A stretch of DNA of 64,000 bases, taken from contig CM059431.1 in assembly GCA_030390025.1 (NCBI GenBank), positions 94,924,001-94,988,000 of the forward strand, written 5' to 3'. The translations under genes were made by a program, and so were the position numbers. Position 1 is the stretch's first letter, and each line of letters starts with the position of its first letter. Origin of the DNA: Squalus acanthias. Taxonomy: Eukaryota. Below the pieces are notes generated by a model that saw only the letters and a program-made list of their open reading frames with translations, was not told where the DNA came from and made no database searches. Below, piece after piece: positions 24,529 through 35,479 of this stretch.

Positions 24529-24599
24529 GAGGATTCTAAGTTAAGTATCTAAAAATCTAATATTTAGGTTCTTTATGTTTAGTATTTCAATGGTTCTTG

Positions 24600-26570
24600 T
24601 TAAACTTGAGTAAATAATTTTGTCTTTTTTCTCTCTAAGTTAGGGCAGTGGCTTAAGCTAAGAAGTTTAGTTAGTAGTCTAATAAATAGAGGTATGGCAG
24701 GGCACCTCAGTCCCTTCGAATACACATCCAGTGCCATGTGGGAAGTCCTGGATGCTTCTCGTGTCCTGGAATGCAGTAGTGATAGGGGATTCAATAGTTA
24801 GGGGAACAGCCAGGCACTTTTGCGGCCGCAGACGTGACTCCAGGATGGTATGTTGCCTCCCTGGTGCCAGGGTCAAGGATGTTACTGAGCGGCTGCAAGA
24901 CATTCTGAGGGGGGAGGATGAACAGCCAGAGGTCGTGGTCCATATCAGTACCAATGACATAGGTAGAAAGAGGGATGAGGTCCTGCGGGCAGATTTTAGG
25001 AAGCTAGGAAGAAGATTAATTAGCAGGACCTCAAAGGTAATAATGTCCAGATTACTCCTGGTGACACACGCTAGTGAGTACAGGAATAGGAGGATAGAAC
25101 AGATGAATGCGTGGCTGGAGAGATGGTGCAGGAGGGAGGACTTTAGATTCCTGAGGCATTGGGACCGGTTCTGAGGGAGGTGGGCCCTGTATAACACTGT
25201 ATGAGGGTTGCACCGCAACAGGGCCGGGACCAATATCCTTGTGGGGAGGTGTGCAAGTGCTGTTGGGGAGGGTTTAAACTAGCTTGGCAGGGAGATGGGA
25301 ACCTGAACTTAGATTCAGAAGGGAGAGGAGCAAAGCTGGAAATGGAAGGCAGTAAATTAGTAAGTGAGTTTGGAAGGCCGAGGAAACAAAAGCTAGAAAA
25401 TAGACAACAAAGGGGTTTGACAGTGCTTAATGGTATATACTTCAATGCAAGAAGTCTAGTGAATAAGGCAGATGAGCTGAGGGCACAGATAGACACGTAT
25501 GATATCATAGCTATTACTGAGACATGGCTGAAAGAAGGACAAGAATGGCAGCTCAAAATTCTTGGTTACAGAGTTTACAGACGAGATAGAGAGAGGGATA
25601 AAAAAGGAGGGGGGGTCGCATTATTGTTTAAAGAAATAATTACAGCTGTGAGGAGGGATGATATGTTAGAAGGATCATCAAATAAGTCCATATGGGTTGA
25701 ACTGAAGAACAAAAAAGGGGCAATCACACTGCTGAGAGTGTACTATAGGCCCCCAAATAGTCAGAGGGAGAGAGAAGAGCAAATATGTTGGGAAATTTCT
25801 GAGATGTGCAAAAACAATAGGGCAGTAGTTGTAGGGGATTTCAACTACCCTAATATTAACTGGGAGAGAATCAGTGTAAAAGGTATAGAGGGCGCAGAAT
25901 TCTTAAAATGCATTCAGGAGAACTTTTTTAGCCAGTACGTAGCAAGCCCAACAAGAGAGAGGGGGCGGTTCTGGACTTAGTTTTAGGGAGTGAAGCTGGT
26001 GGCAAGGGTATCAGTGGGAAAGCATTTTGGTGGGAGTGATCATAATTTAGTTAGATTTAGCATAGTTATGGAACAGGACAAAGATAGACCAGGAGTAAAA
26101 GTTCTTGACTGGGGAAAGGCCAATTTTACAAAGCTGAGATGTGATTTAACAAAAATGGACTGGAAACAGCAACTTGAAGGTAAATCAAGAGCAGTGGGAG
26201 GCATTCAAGGAGGAGATAGAAAGGGTTCAGAGCAAATATGTTCCCACAAAGAAAAAGGGTGAGACTCCCAAATCTAGAGCCCCCTGGATGTCAAGGGGCC
26301 TACAGGGTAGGATAAGACAAAAAAGGGAAGCTTATGTCAGCTACCTAGAGCTAAATACTGCAGAAAGCCTAGAGGAGTATAGAAAGTGCAGGGGTGAAAT
26401 TAAAAAGGAAATTAGGAAAGCAAAGAGAGGGCATGAAAAAATATTGGCAAGTAAAATCAAGGAAAACCCAAAGATGTTTTATAAATACATAAAGAGCAAG
26501 AGGATAACTAAAGAAAGAGTAAGGCCTATTAGAGACCAAAAAGGAAGCTTATGTGTGGAGGTTGATAAAA
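24600..26570 (+). mobile_element. CR1 5' portion: ORF1 (SGNH esterase, deleted) and ORF2 APE endonuclease
   Basis: ORF1 start MAGHLSP..SSAMWEV at ~24694; VVIGDSIVRG...CCLPGARVKDV...VVVHISTNDIG; ORF2 YFNARS...IAITETWL...VVGDFNYP...SDHN. The 5' UTR probably extends to ~23180 beyond the LTR-like insert. Confidence 0.9.
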
Positions 26571-27488
26571 AGGGAGAAAATGGAATAAGCGACTAAATTA
26601 CCAAGAAATATAAAAACAGATTGTAAGAGCTTCTATGTATGTAAAAGGGAAGAGAGTAGCAAAAGCAAACTGGTCTCTGAGAGGCTGAGACAGGAGAACT
26701 TATATTGGGGAACAAGGAAATGGCAGTGAACTTAAATAAATATTTTGTATCTGTCTTCACAGTAGAAGACACAAAAATAGTGGGGAACCAAGGGGCTAAT
26801 GAGAGTGAGGAACTTAAAGTAATTAATATCAGTAGAGAAAAAGTACTTGGGAAACTAATGGGACTAAAAACCAACAAATCCCCTGGACCTGATGGACTAC
26901 ATACTGGGATTCTAAAAGAGGTGGCTGCAGAGATAGTGGATGCATTGGTTGTGATCTTCCAAAATTCCCTAGATTCTGGAAAGGTGCCAATAGATTGGAA
27001 GGTAGCAAATGTAACCCTGCAATTCAAAAAAGGAGGGAGAGAGAAAATAGGGAACTACAGGCCCGTTAGCCTGACATCAGTCATTGGGAAAATGCTGGAA
27101 TCCATTATTAAGGAAGTGGTAACAGGGCACTTAGAAAATCATAATATGATTAGGCAGAGTCAATGGTTTTATGAAATGGAAATCGTGTTTGACAAATTTA
27201 TTAGAGTTTTTTGAGGATGTAACTAGCAGGGTAGATAAAGGGGAACCAGTGGATGTAGTATATTTGGATTTCCAAAAGACATTTTATAAGGGGCCACATA
27301 AAAGGTTGTTACACAAGATAAGGGCACATGGGATTGGAGGTAATGTATTAGCATGGATAGAGGATTGGTTAATGGACAGAAAGCAGAGAGTTGGGATAAA
27401 TGGGTCATTTGCAGATTGGCAGGCTGTGACTAGTGAGGTGCCACAAGGATTAGTGCTTGAACCTCAGCTATTTACAATCTATATTAAT
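26570..27488 (+). mobile_element. CR1 RT fragment (second family fused to the previous element)
   Basis: ORFs 26705-27214 and 27171-27527: KSPGPDGLH...YLDFQK...VPQGLVLEPQLF. Confidence 0.9.
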
Positions 27489-27504
27489 TTCTATGATTCT
27501 ATGC

Positions 27505-28152
27505 TGAAGGTTCTCCCACAGTGCTGATACGTAGGGAGTTCCAGGATTTTGACCCCCCCACGAGGCCTCTGATGGCCTTCCCAGGCCTCCCCTGCCAATG
27601 ATGATGATGAGGCCGCCCACGATCCTCCAGCACCCCTGCTGATCCTCTGCACCCCCACCGATCCCTGGACGACCCTCCCCATGATCTTTGATCCTCCCGA
27701 TCCCCAATCCATCCCCCGCGATCCACGATCACCTCCTGTGATCCCCGCTTGCCTGCGATCTCCGATTTCCCTGATCCCTGACCACCCCCCATCGCCTGCC
27801 GATCCCCTGCCGATCCTGCAACACCCACCCTGCCGATCCTCTCTCCCGCCGATCCAGACCCCCTCCCGCCGATCCCATCCCCTCTCCCACCGATCCTTGA
27901 CCCCCTCCCACCGTTCCCGACCCCTCTCCCGCTGATCCCTGACCCCCTTCCAGCGATCCCTCCACCGGACCGACGCCTCGCAACTTTCAAGCTGGCTGGC
28001 TGTGGGCGGGAAACTAAGGCCTCACATTCAAATTAGGCCCTGCCAGTAAAATTGGCAGGGCCTGTAGGAAACCCAGCCTTCCGGGTTTCCCGCCCGCCTC
28101 GGACCCCTCACCCCACCGCACCCAACCCGCCTCCCTGAACAAAATTCCGGAC
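27505..28152. mobile_element. Partial Harbinger-type MITE with internal C-rich CCGATC repeats
   Basis: Right end AAAATTCCGGAC matches the family A terminus; degenerate ccgatc repeats at 27640-27960. Confidence 0.6.
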
Positions 28153-28169
28153 ATTATGTTTATATTATA

Positions 28170-28935
28170 GAACCTAGAGTACTGTGCATCGTTCTGGTCT
28201 CCATATTACAAAATGGATATAGAGGCACTGGAAAAGTTGAGAAATAGATTTACATAAGAACATAAGAATTAGGAGCAGGAGTAGGCCATTTGGCCCCTCG
28301 AGCCTGCTCCGCCATTCAATAAGATCATGGCTGATCTGATCTTGGCCTCAACTCCACTTCCCTGCCCGCTCCCCATAACCCTTGAATCCCTTATCGTTCA
28401 AAAATCTGTCTATCTCCACCTTAAATATATTCAATGAACCAGCCTCCACAGCTCTCTGGGGTAGAGAATTCCACAGATTCACGATTTACAAGGATGATAC
28501 CAGAACTGAGAGGTTATAACTATCAGGAAAGACTGAGCAAGTTGGGGCTCTGTTCTCCAGAAAAGAGAAGTTTGAGGGGTGACCTAATAGAAGTCTTTAA
28601 AATTATGAAGGAATTTGAGGGGTAGACGCAGAGAAGATGTTTCCACATGTGGGGGAATCCAAAACTAGGGGCCATAAATATAAGATAGTCACTAATAAAT
28701 CCAATAAGGAATTCAGGAGAAACTTCTTTACCCACAGTGTGGTTAGCATGTGGAACTTGCTACCACATGGAGTAGTTGATGCATTTAAGGGGAAGCTAGA
28801 TAAATAAATGAGGGAGAAAGGAATAGAAGAATATATTGATAGGGTGAGATGAAGTAAGGTGGGAGGAGGCTCGTGTGGAGCATAAAACCCAGCATAGACC
28901 TGGCCAAATCGCCTGTTTGTGTGCTGTAAATTCGA
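28170..28935 (+). mobile_element. CR1 3' fragment with nested minus-strand CR1 tail (28255-28482)
   Basis: RFTRMIPELRG..YQERL; the nested piece is flanked by an 8-bp TSD gatttaca (28247-28254/28483-28490). Confidence 0.85.
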
Positions 28936-29784
28936 TGTAATTAACGATCTGTATCGGGCCTCACCGTACCAGGTGTTCTTTCAGTTCACCTTTGAGAGGA
29001 TTAGAGAGGGAAAATACACAAATATCTCGTTCAACTCACAAAGGGGTACTATTTTTACACCCCGAGCTATCATATTGTTAGATATTGGGCAATACAGGCA
29101 TAACCTTAGACATAAGAGGCTCAGAGTGCTTACAGGATGGACAAGTACAGCTGTAGTCAAGAGAATATCAAAATAAAGACCCTGAATTTACAACAGTGAT
29201 GTCCGACAAAGTAGAACTTCTTTGGGTTAGCCTTATCGTTGGATGCTGGACAGTAAAACCAAAGGAGTTCCTTTGGTGGCCAGAACAAGTTGGACAATAT
29301 ACACTCAAAGCATATGATGACAACTGAGAGGACACAGCACTGAATAGTCCACAATGGCACTGTTGAGCATGCTGGTTTCTCTCGCTTTGAAAACAAATAC
29401 CAAGTTGAGCAATATTTGTGAATCTGGCAAAACCACAGAACAACTGCTTAATTCTAGTCAGTGACCAGTGCAGTTGTCACCTTGAGCCCAGTGGTACAAT
29501 AGAGGGCTTCGAGAATATCTCCTGTTATTTCTGTTTTTGTTCTTTTTTTTGTCTGCTGGGATCTTAGCCTGGTGTGAAATCCTGGATGTAAAATGAAAGC
29601 TGATGTAATGATAATGTTGTACTTGCAGTGAAATATATTGAAGGGAGGAGTGGCAGTCTTGTTTGTGACAGGCAGCAGGTTCAGATAGTGGACTTCAGTG
29701 AGCGGCCCTGAGAGCAGGCAAGGCATAGGGAAGCAAGAGAACATTTGAATCAGCAACAGTGAAGGCTGAGGCAGGTATGAGGTA

Positions 29785-30047
29785 AAGAAAGAAAGACTTG
29801 CATTTATGTAGTGCCTTTCATGAACTCAGGACATCCCAAAGTGCTATACAGCCAATGAAGTACTTTTGAAGTGTAATCACTCAAGGTTACACAAACAGCA
29901 ATCCGTTTTTTTAATGATGTTGGTTGAAGGCTAAATATTGGCTAGGACACTGGGAGAACTCTCCTACCCTTCTTCGAAATAGTTCCGTGGGATCTTTTAT
30001 GTCCACCTGAAAGGGCAGACAGGGCCTTGGTTTAACATCTCATCCCA
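29785..30047 (-). mobile_element. Deu-domain SINE fragment
   Basis: Reverse complement of the SINE at 54437-54785 (aaagacttgcatttat...gatcttttatgtccacctga). Confidence 0.8.
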
Positions 30048-32994
30048 TTGACCCTCATCTCCATGAATAAAAGCTGTTAAAAAAACATAGGGGATTCTTG
30101 GCATTATAAATAGAGGCCTATGGACAGAAATTTCTGGGGTCCATGTGGGCGTGATCGGAGGCGGGTCGGTTGGGGAACCCGCCATCATCCCGCTCCCACG
30201 GGCCTTTCCCTCGGGCGCATGTTCTGGTGCGGCAGCGACCCGAATGGCAGAGGAGGGCGACCTAATTTAAATCATTATCACCTTGTGGTCAGACCCTTAA
30301 GCGCCTTTTTCAGCCTACCTTTCGAATTTCCCTGGCTGCCCACGGGATTCACGCAGCTCGGGAACAAAGTCAGTCAGCCTGAGGCAGGAGTTGAGTGGCC
30401 ATTGATTCAGCTAATTAGTTGACAGCAAGAAATGTACTATAAAAGCTCCCACCTCACAGCTGATCACATTCCTCAGGCAGAAGCTGTTGCTGACTGCATT
30501 CCCAGCACAGATTTTGCTTTCTACAGGCTGCAAGTGTTTGCAGCAAAGTCGCAATCCAGTCTCAACTCATTGGTAGAACCTATCACACCATTGACAGATT
30601 GCTTCTGTCATCTCTACTTGACCTGCCATCTATTCCATCAGCATGGGTGCCATTTATATTGTCTCACCTTGGTCCTCAGAAATGGACCAAGATGGGCCCC
30701 AACACCAGCAGCACCAGGCACACCAGCAGCACCAACAACAACACCACCAACCTTCCCCTCAAACAACTGATGCTGCATAGGACAGAGGGCATCAGCGCAG
30801 GGCTGCACCACGCTGGAGGTGATACCCCCAACACAGGGTATACAGGCAGAAGATGAGCTAGCGAGTTGAGGAACAGGGAGAGAGTGCAGATAAACACGTG
30901 GCTGCAGGGATGGTGTAGGGGGGAGGGTTTCAGTTATGTGGATAATTGGAGCACATTCTGGAGAAGGTGGGACCTGTACAAACAGGACGGTTTGCACCTG
31001 AACCAGAGGGGCACCAATATCCTGGGAGGGAAATTTGCTACGGCTCTTCGGGGGGGTTTAAACTAATTTGTCAGGGGGATGGGAAAAAGGGCTGTAGTCC
31101 ACGAGCTAGTGGTGAGTGTAGGGAGGTACTGAGGAGGGTATCAAGGTCGCAGGAATGTACCGGCAGACAGGAAGATGGCTTGAAGTGTGTCTACTTCAAT
31201 GCAAGGAGCATCCGGAATAAGGTAGGAGAACTTGGAGCGTGGATTGGTACTTGGGACTACGATGTGGTGGCCATTACGGAGACATGGTTAGAACAGGGAC
31301 AGGAATGGTTGTTGGAAGTTCCGGGGTATAGATGTTTCAGTAAGAGTAGGGAAGTTGGTAAGAAAGGTGGAGGAGTAGCATTGTTAATCAAGGATAGTTT
31401 AACAGCGGCAGAAAGGCAGTTCGAGGGGGATCTGCCGTCTGAGGTAATATGGGCTGAAGTTAGAAATAGGAAAGGAGTGGTCACGTTGTTAGGAGTTTTC
31501 TACAGGCCCCCAAATAGTAATAAAGATGTGGAGGAAGAAATTGCAAAGCAGATTATGAATAGGTGTGGAGGTCACAGAGTAGTTGTCATGGGTGACTTCA
31601 ACTTTCCAAATATTGATTGGAACCTTTATAGGTCAAACAGTTCGGATGGGATAGTTTTTGCACAGTGTGTGCAGGAGGGTTTCCTGACACAATATGTGGA
31701 TAGGCCGACAAGAGGTGGGGCCACGTTGGATTTAGTACTGGGTAATGAACCGGGCCAAGTGTTTGATTTGTATGTGGGAGAGCACTTTGGAGATAGTGAC
31801 CACAATTCGGTAACTTTCACTATTGCAATGGAGAGGGATAGGGCCATACGGCAGGGCAGGGTTTATAATTGGGGGAGGGGTAATTATGATGCGATTAGGC
31901 AAGAATTAGGGAGTATAAGATGGGAACAGAAACTATCAGGGAAAGGCACAAACGAAAAGTGGAGCTTTTTCATGGAGCAATTACTGCGTGTCCTTGATAG
32001 GTATGTCCCTGTCAGGCAGGGAGGAAATGGCGAGTGAGAGAACCATGGTTCACAAAAGAGGTTGAATGTCTAGTCAAGAGGAAAAAGGAAGCGTATGTAA
32101 GGATGAGAAAACAAGGTTCAGTTGGGTCGATTGAGGGGTACAAGGTAGCAAGGAATGAGCTAAAAAAAGAGCTTAGGAGAGCTAGGAGGGGGCATGAGAA
32201 GTCCTTGGCGGATCGGATCAAGAAAAACCCCAAGGCTTTTTACTCTTATGTGAGAAATAAAAGAATGACCAGGGTGAGGGTAGGGCCGGTCAAGGACAGT
32301 AGTGGGAACTTGTGCATGCAGTCAGAAGAGATAGGAGAGGTGATGAATGAATACTTTTCGTCAGTGTTCACCGAGGAGAGGGGCCATGTTCTTGAGGATG
32401 AGAGTGTGATAAAGGTGGATAGGCTGGAGGTGGTAGATGTTCTGAGGGAAGATGTTTTAGCAATTTTGAAGAACCTGAGGGTCGATAAGTCCCCTGGGCC
32501 AGATGGGATATATCCTAGGATTCTTTGGGAGGCAAGGGAGGAGATTGCAGAGCATCTGGCTTTGATCTTTGGGTCCTCACTGTCCACGGGGATGGTGCCA
32601 GAGGACTGGAGAGTGGCGAATGTTGTTCCTCTCTTCAAGAAAGGAAATAGGAATGACCCTGGTAATTATAGGCCGGTTAGTCTTACTTCGGTGGTTGGTA
32701 AGATAATGGAAAAGGTCCTGAGGGATAGGATTTATGACCATTTGGAAAGGGGCAACATAATCAGGGATAGTCAACACGGATTCGTGAAGGGTAAGTCTTG
32801 CCTAACAAATTTGATTGAATTCTTTGAGGAGGTAACTAAGTGTGTAGATGAAGGTAGAGCAGTTGATGTCGTATACATGGATTTTAGTAAGGCGTTTGAT
32901 AAGGTTCCCCATGGTCGTCTCATGAAGAAAGTAAGGAGTTGTGGGATAGAGGGAAATTTGGCCGATTGGATAAGTAACTGGCTATCTCATAGAA

Positions 32995-33100
32995 TTGAGA
33001 GGTCGCACAACACCAGGTTATAGTCCAACAGTTTTATTTGAAATCACAAGCTTTCGGAGCTATCGATTGCTCCTTCCTCAGGTGAAGTAAATTAGATATA
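32995..33100 (-). mobile_element. Penelope-derived insert (family P2) disrupting CR1 RT
   Basis: 9-bp TSD ctcatagaa (32986-32994/33101-33109). Removing it restores WLSHR-RQRVVVDG. Same sequence family as 13411-13619. Confidence 0.9.
33044..33085 (-). ncRNA. Minimal type I hammerhead ribozyme motif
   Basis: Minus strand: TCAC-CTGAGGA-A-GGAGC-AATCGATA-GCTCC-GAAA-GC-TT-GTGA; stem I TCAC/GTGA. Confidence 0.75.
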
Positions 33101-35479
33101 CTCATAGAAGGCAGAGGGTGGTGGTGGATGGAACATTTTCGGACTGGAGACCAGTTACCAGCGGTGTGCCACAGGGGTCGGTGCTGGGTCCTCTGCTGTT
33201 TGTGATTTTTATCAATGACTTGGAGGAGGGGACTGAAGGGTGGATCAGTAAATTTGCTGATGACACCAAGATTGGTGGAGTAGTGGATGAGGTGGAGGGC
33301 AGTTGTAGGCTGCAAAGAGACATTGATAGGATGCAGAGCTGGGCCGAAAAATGGCAGATGGAATTTAACCCTGATAAGTGCGAGGTGATTCATTTTGGTA
33401 GGGCAAATTTGAATAAGGATTACAGGGTCAACGGCAGGGTTCTGAGGAACGTGGAGGAGCAGAGGGATCTGGGGGTTCATATCCACAGATCTCTGAAGGT
33501 TGCCACTCAAGTGGATAGAGCAGTAAAGAAGGCCTATGGTGTGTTGGCGTTTATTAACAGAGGGTTTGAGTTTAAGAACCGTGAGGTTATGCTGCAACTG
33601 TACAGGACCTTGGTGAGACCACATTTGGAATATTGTGTGCAGTTCTGGTCACCTCACTATAGGAAGGACGTGGAAGCATTGGAAAGAGTGCAAAGGAGAT
33701 TTACCAGGATGCTGCCTGGTTTGGGGGGGAGGTCTTATGAGGAAAGATTGAGGGAGTTGGGGCTTTTCTCTTTAGAGCGGAGGAGGATGAGAGGCGACTT
33801 AATAGAGGTTTATAAGATGAGGGGGATAGATAGAGTGGATGTTCAGAGACTATTTCCTCGGGTAGAGGCAGCTGTTACAAGGGGGCATAACTATAAGGTG
33901 CATGGGGGGAGATATAGAAGGGATGTCCGAGGTAGATTCTTTACTCAGAGAGTGGTTGGGGTGTGGAATGGACTGCCTGCTTTGATAGTGGAGTCGGACA
34001 CTTTAGGAACTTTCAAGCGGTTATTGGATAAGCACATGGAGCACACCAGAGTGATAGGGAGTGTGATAGCTTGATCTTGGTCTCGGACAATGCTCGGCAC
34101 AACATCGAGGGCCGAAGGGCCTGTACTGTGCTGTACTGTTCTATGTATCTATCTATGTAACATGACTGAGCAGCAGTGCCAAAGGGGGCTCAGGCTATCG
34201 CGCCAGGTCGTCACAGACATTTGCACATTGCCCGAGCAAGACCTGCAGCCCAGAGGAGCGGGTGGACACGCCTTACCAGTGGCTGTCAAAGTCACCAGCG
34301 CCCTCAACTTCTTCACCCCAGGCTTCTTCCAGGGATCTGCAGCAGACATTTGCGGCATCTCGCAGTCGGCCATCCACAAATCCATCACACAGATCACCAA
34401 TGCCCTCTTTGACAAGTCAGCCAATTGTATCAACTTTGCCACTGATGAAGCCAATGTTACTGAGCGAGCGTTCAGCTTTGCCACGCTGGCTGGCTTCCCA
34501 CAGGTGCAGGGCATGATCGACTGCACACATGTGGCCATCAGGGCACCCCATCATAACCCAGGAGTCTTTGTCAAATGCAAGGGTTTCCATTCCCTCAATG
34601 TGCAGCTCATCTGCAACCATAGGAAGATCATCATGCATGTGTGTGCCAAATTCCCTGGCAACTGCCATGACACTTTCGTCCTTCGCCAGTGCACCCTCCC
34701 TCAGCTCTTTGCTCCTCCAAACAGACTTTCCAGCTGGCTGCTTGGAGACAAGGGCTATTCACTGAAGACGTGGCTCATGGCAACCTTGAGGAGGCCAAGT
34801 ACTGAGGCTGAGGAGAGATATAATGAAAGCCAAATTTCCACCAGATGTGTCATAGAGCAGACAATGGGCATGCTGAAAATACGCTTCAGATGCCTTGACA
34901 GATCCGAAGGAGCCCTTCAGTATGCACCAGCCAGGGTCTCGAGAATCATCATGGCCTGCTGCGCCCTACACAACATAGAGCAGCAGCGAGGATTAGCGCT
35001 GCATGAGGATCAAGGCACTGAGCGCACAGCCTTTTCAGAGGAGGAGGAGGAGGAGCAGGAGGAGCATCAGCTGGAAGATGAGGTGGAGCAGGACATGGAG
35101 GAACCTGAGGCTCAGATCCCACCAGCACCCGAACACATTGCTGCCCAGAAGGCCAGGGATGGCCTCATCATGGCCAGATTTACTTAACTTTACGCAATAC
35201 ATCCATATGGCTGCCACATCCTGCACCATGTTGGCACCACACCACACCGTAAAGGATCCTACAATGACCAAGACATTCCTTTCACACTGACCACCATTGC
35301 TGGAGGTACTGTTATGTCTCACCATTCACTGCAGCTCACTAAGCCACTTCCAAAGGTGCACACAAATTTGTCCAAGACCAGAAAGTGGTGAAACTAAAGA
35401 ATTTTATGGTTGAGATCACATTAACGGAAACTTGACATTAACATTGAATAAAACATCCAAGTGGCTACCCTTGTGAATC

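Larger units (their letters stand above)
30859..34157 (+). mobile_element. Young 5'-truncated CR1 LINE: ORF1 C-terminus + nearly intact ORF2 (APE + RT)
   Basis: ORF1 DGLHLNQRG (30866-31066). ORF2 occupies 30946-32037, 32034-33023 and 33118-34074, broken only by one frameshift (~32030) and a Penelope insert. Tail tgttctatgt. Confidence 0.95.
30643..35187 (+). pseudogene. Harbinger transposase split by CR1 (30643-30858 + 34158-35187)
   Basis: Q/H-rich N-terminus with two stops. The C-terminal part is open with DDE motifs [31 protein letters not shown] and an acidic tail. Confidence 0.9.

Noticed and set aside
29700..29780. Possible extra exon ending gaggcag|gtatga
   Set aside because: There is no convincing acceptor or coding signal, so it cannot be supported without transcripts.
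30690..30770. CAG/CAC/CAA repeats as microsatellite or CRISPR-like array
   Set aside because: This is the Gln/His-rich transposase N-terminus seen in every copy. There is no repeat-spacer structure anywhere in the window.
30946..34074. Novel RT/retron-like or RT-transposase fusion system
   Set aside because: An ordinary CR1 ORF2 nested in a Harbinger; the junctions explain the adjacency.
34090..35187. Domesticated host HARBI1 gene (with NAIF1/MSANTD partner)
   Set aside because: It lies inside a TIR/TSD-bounded multi-copy element with a disrupted N-terminus, so it is a transposon copy and not the host gene.
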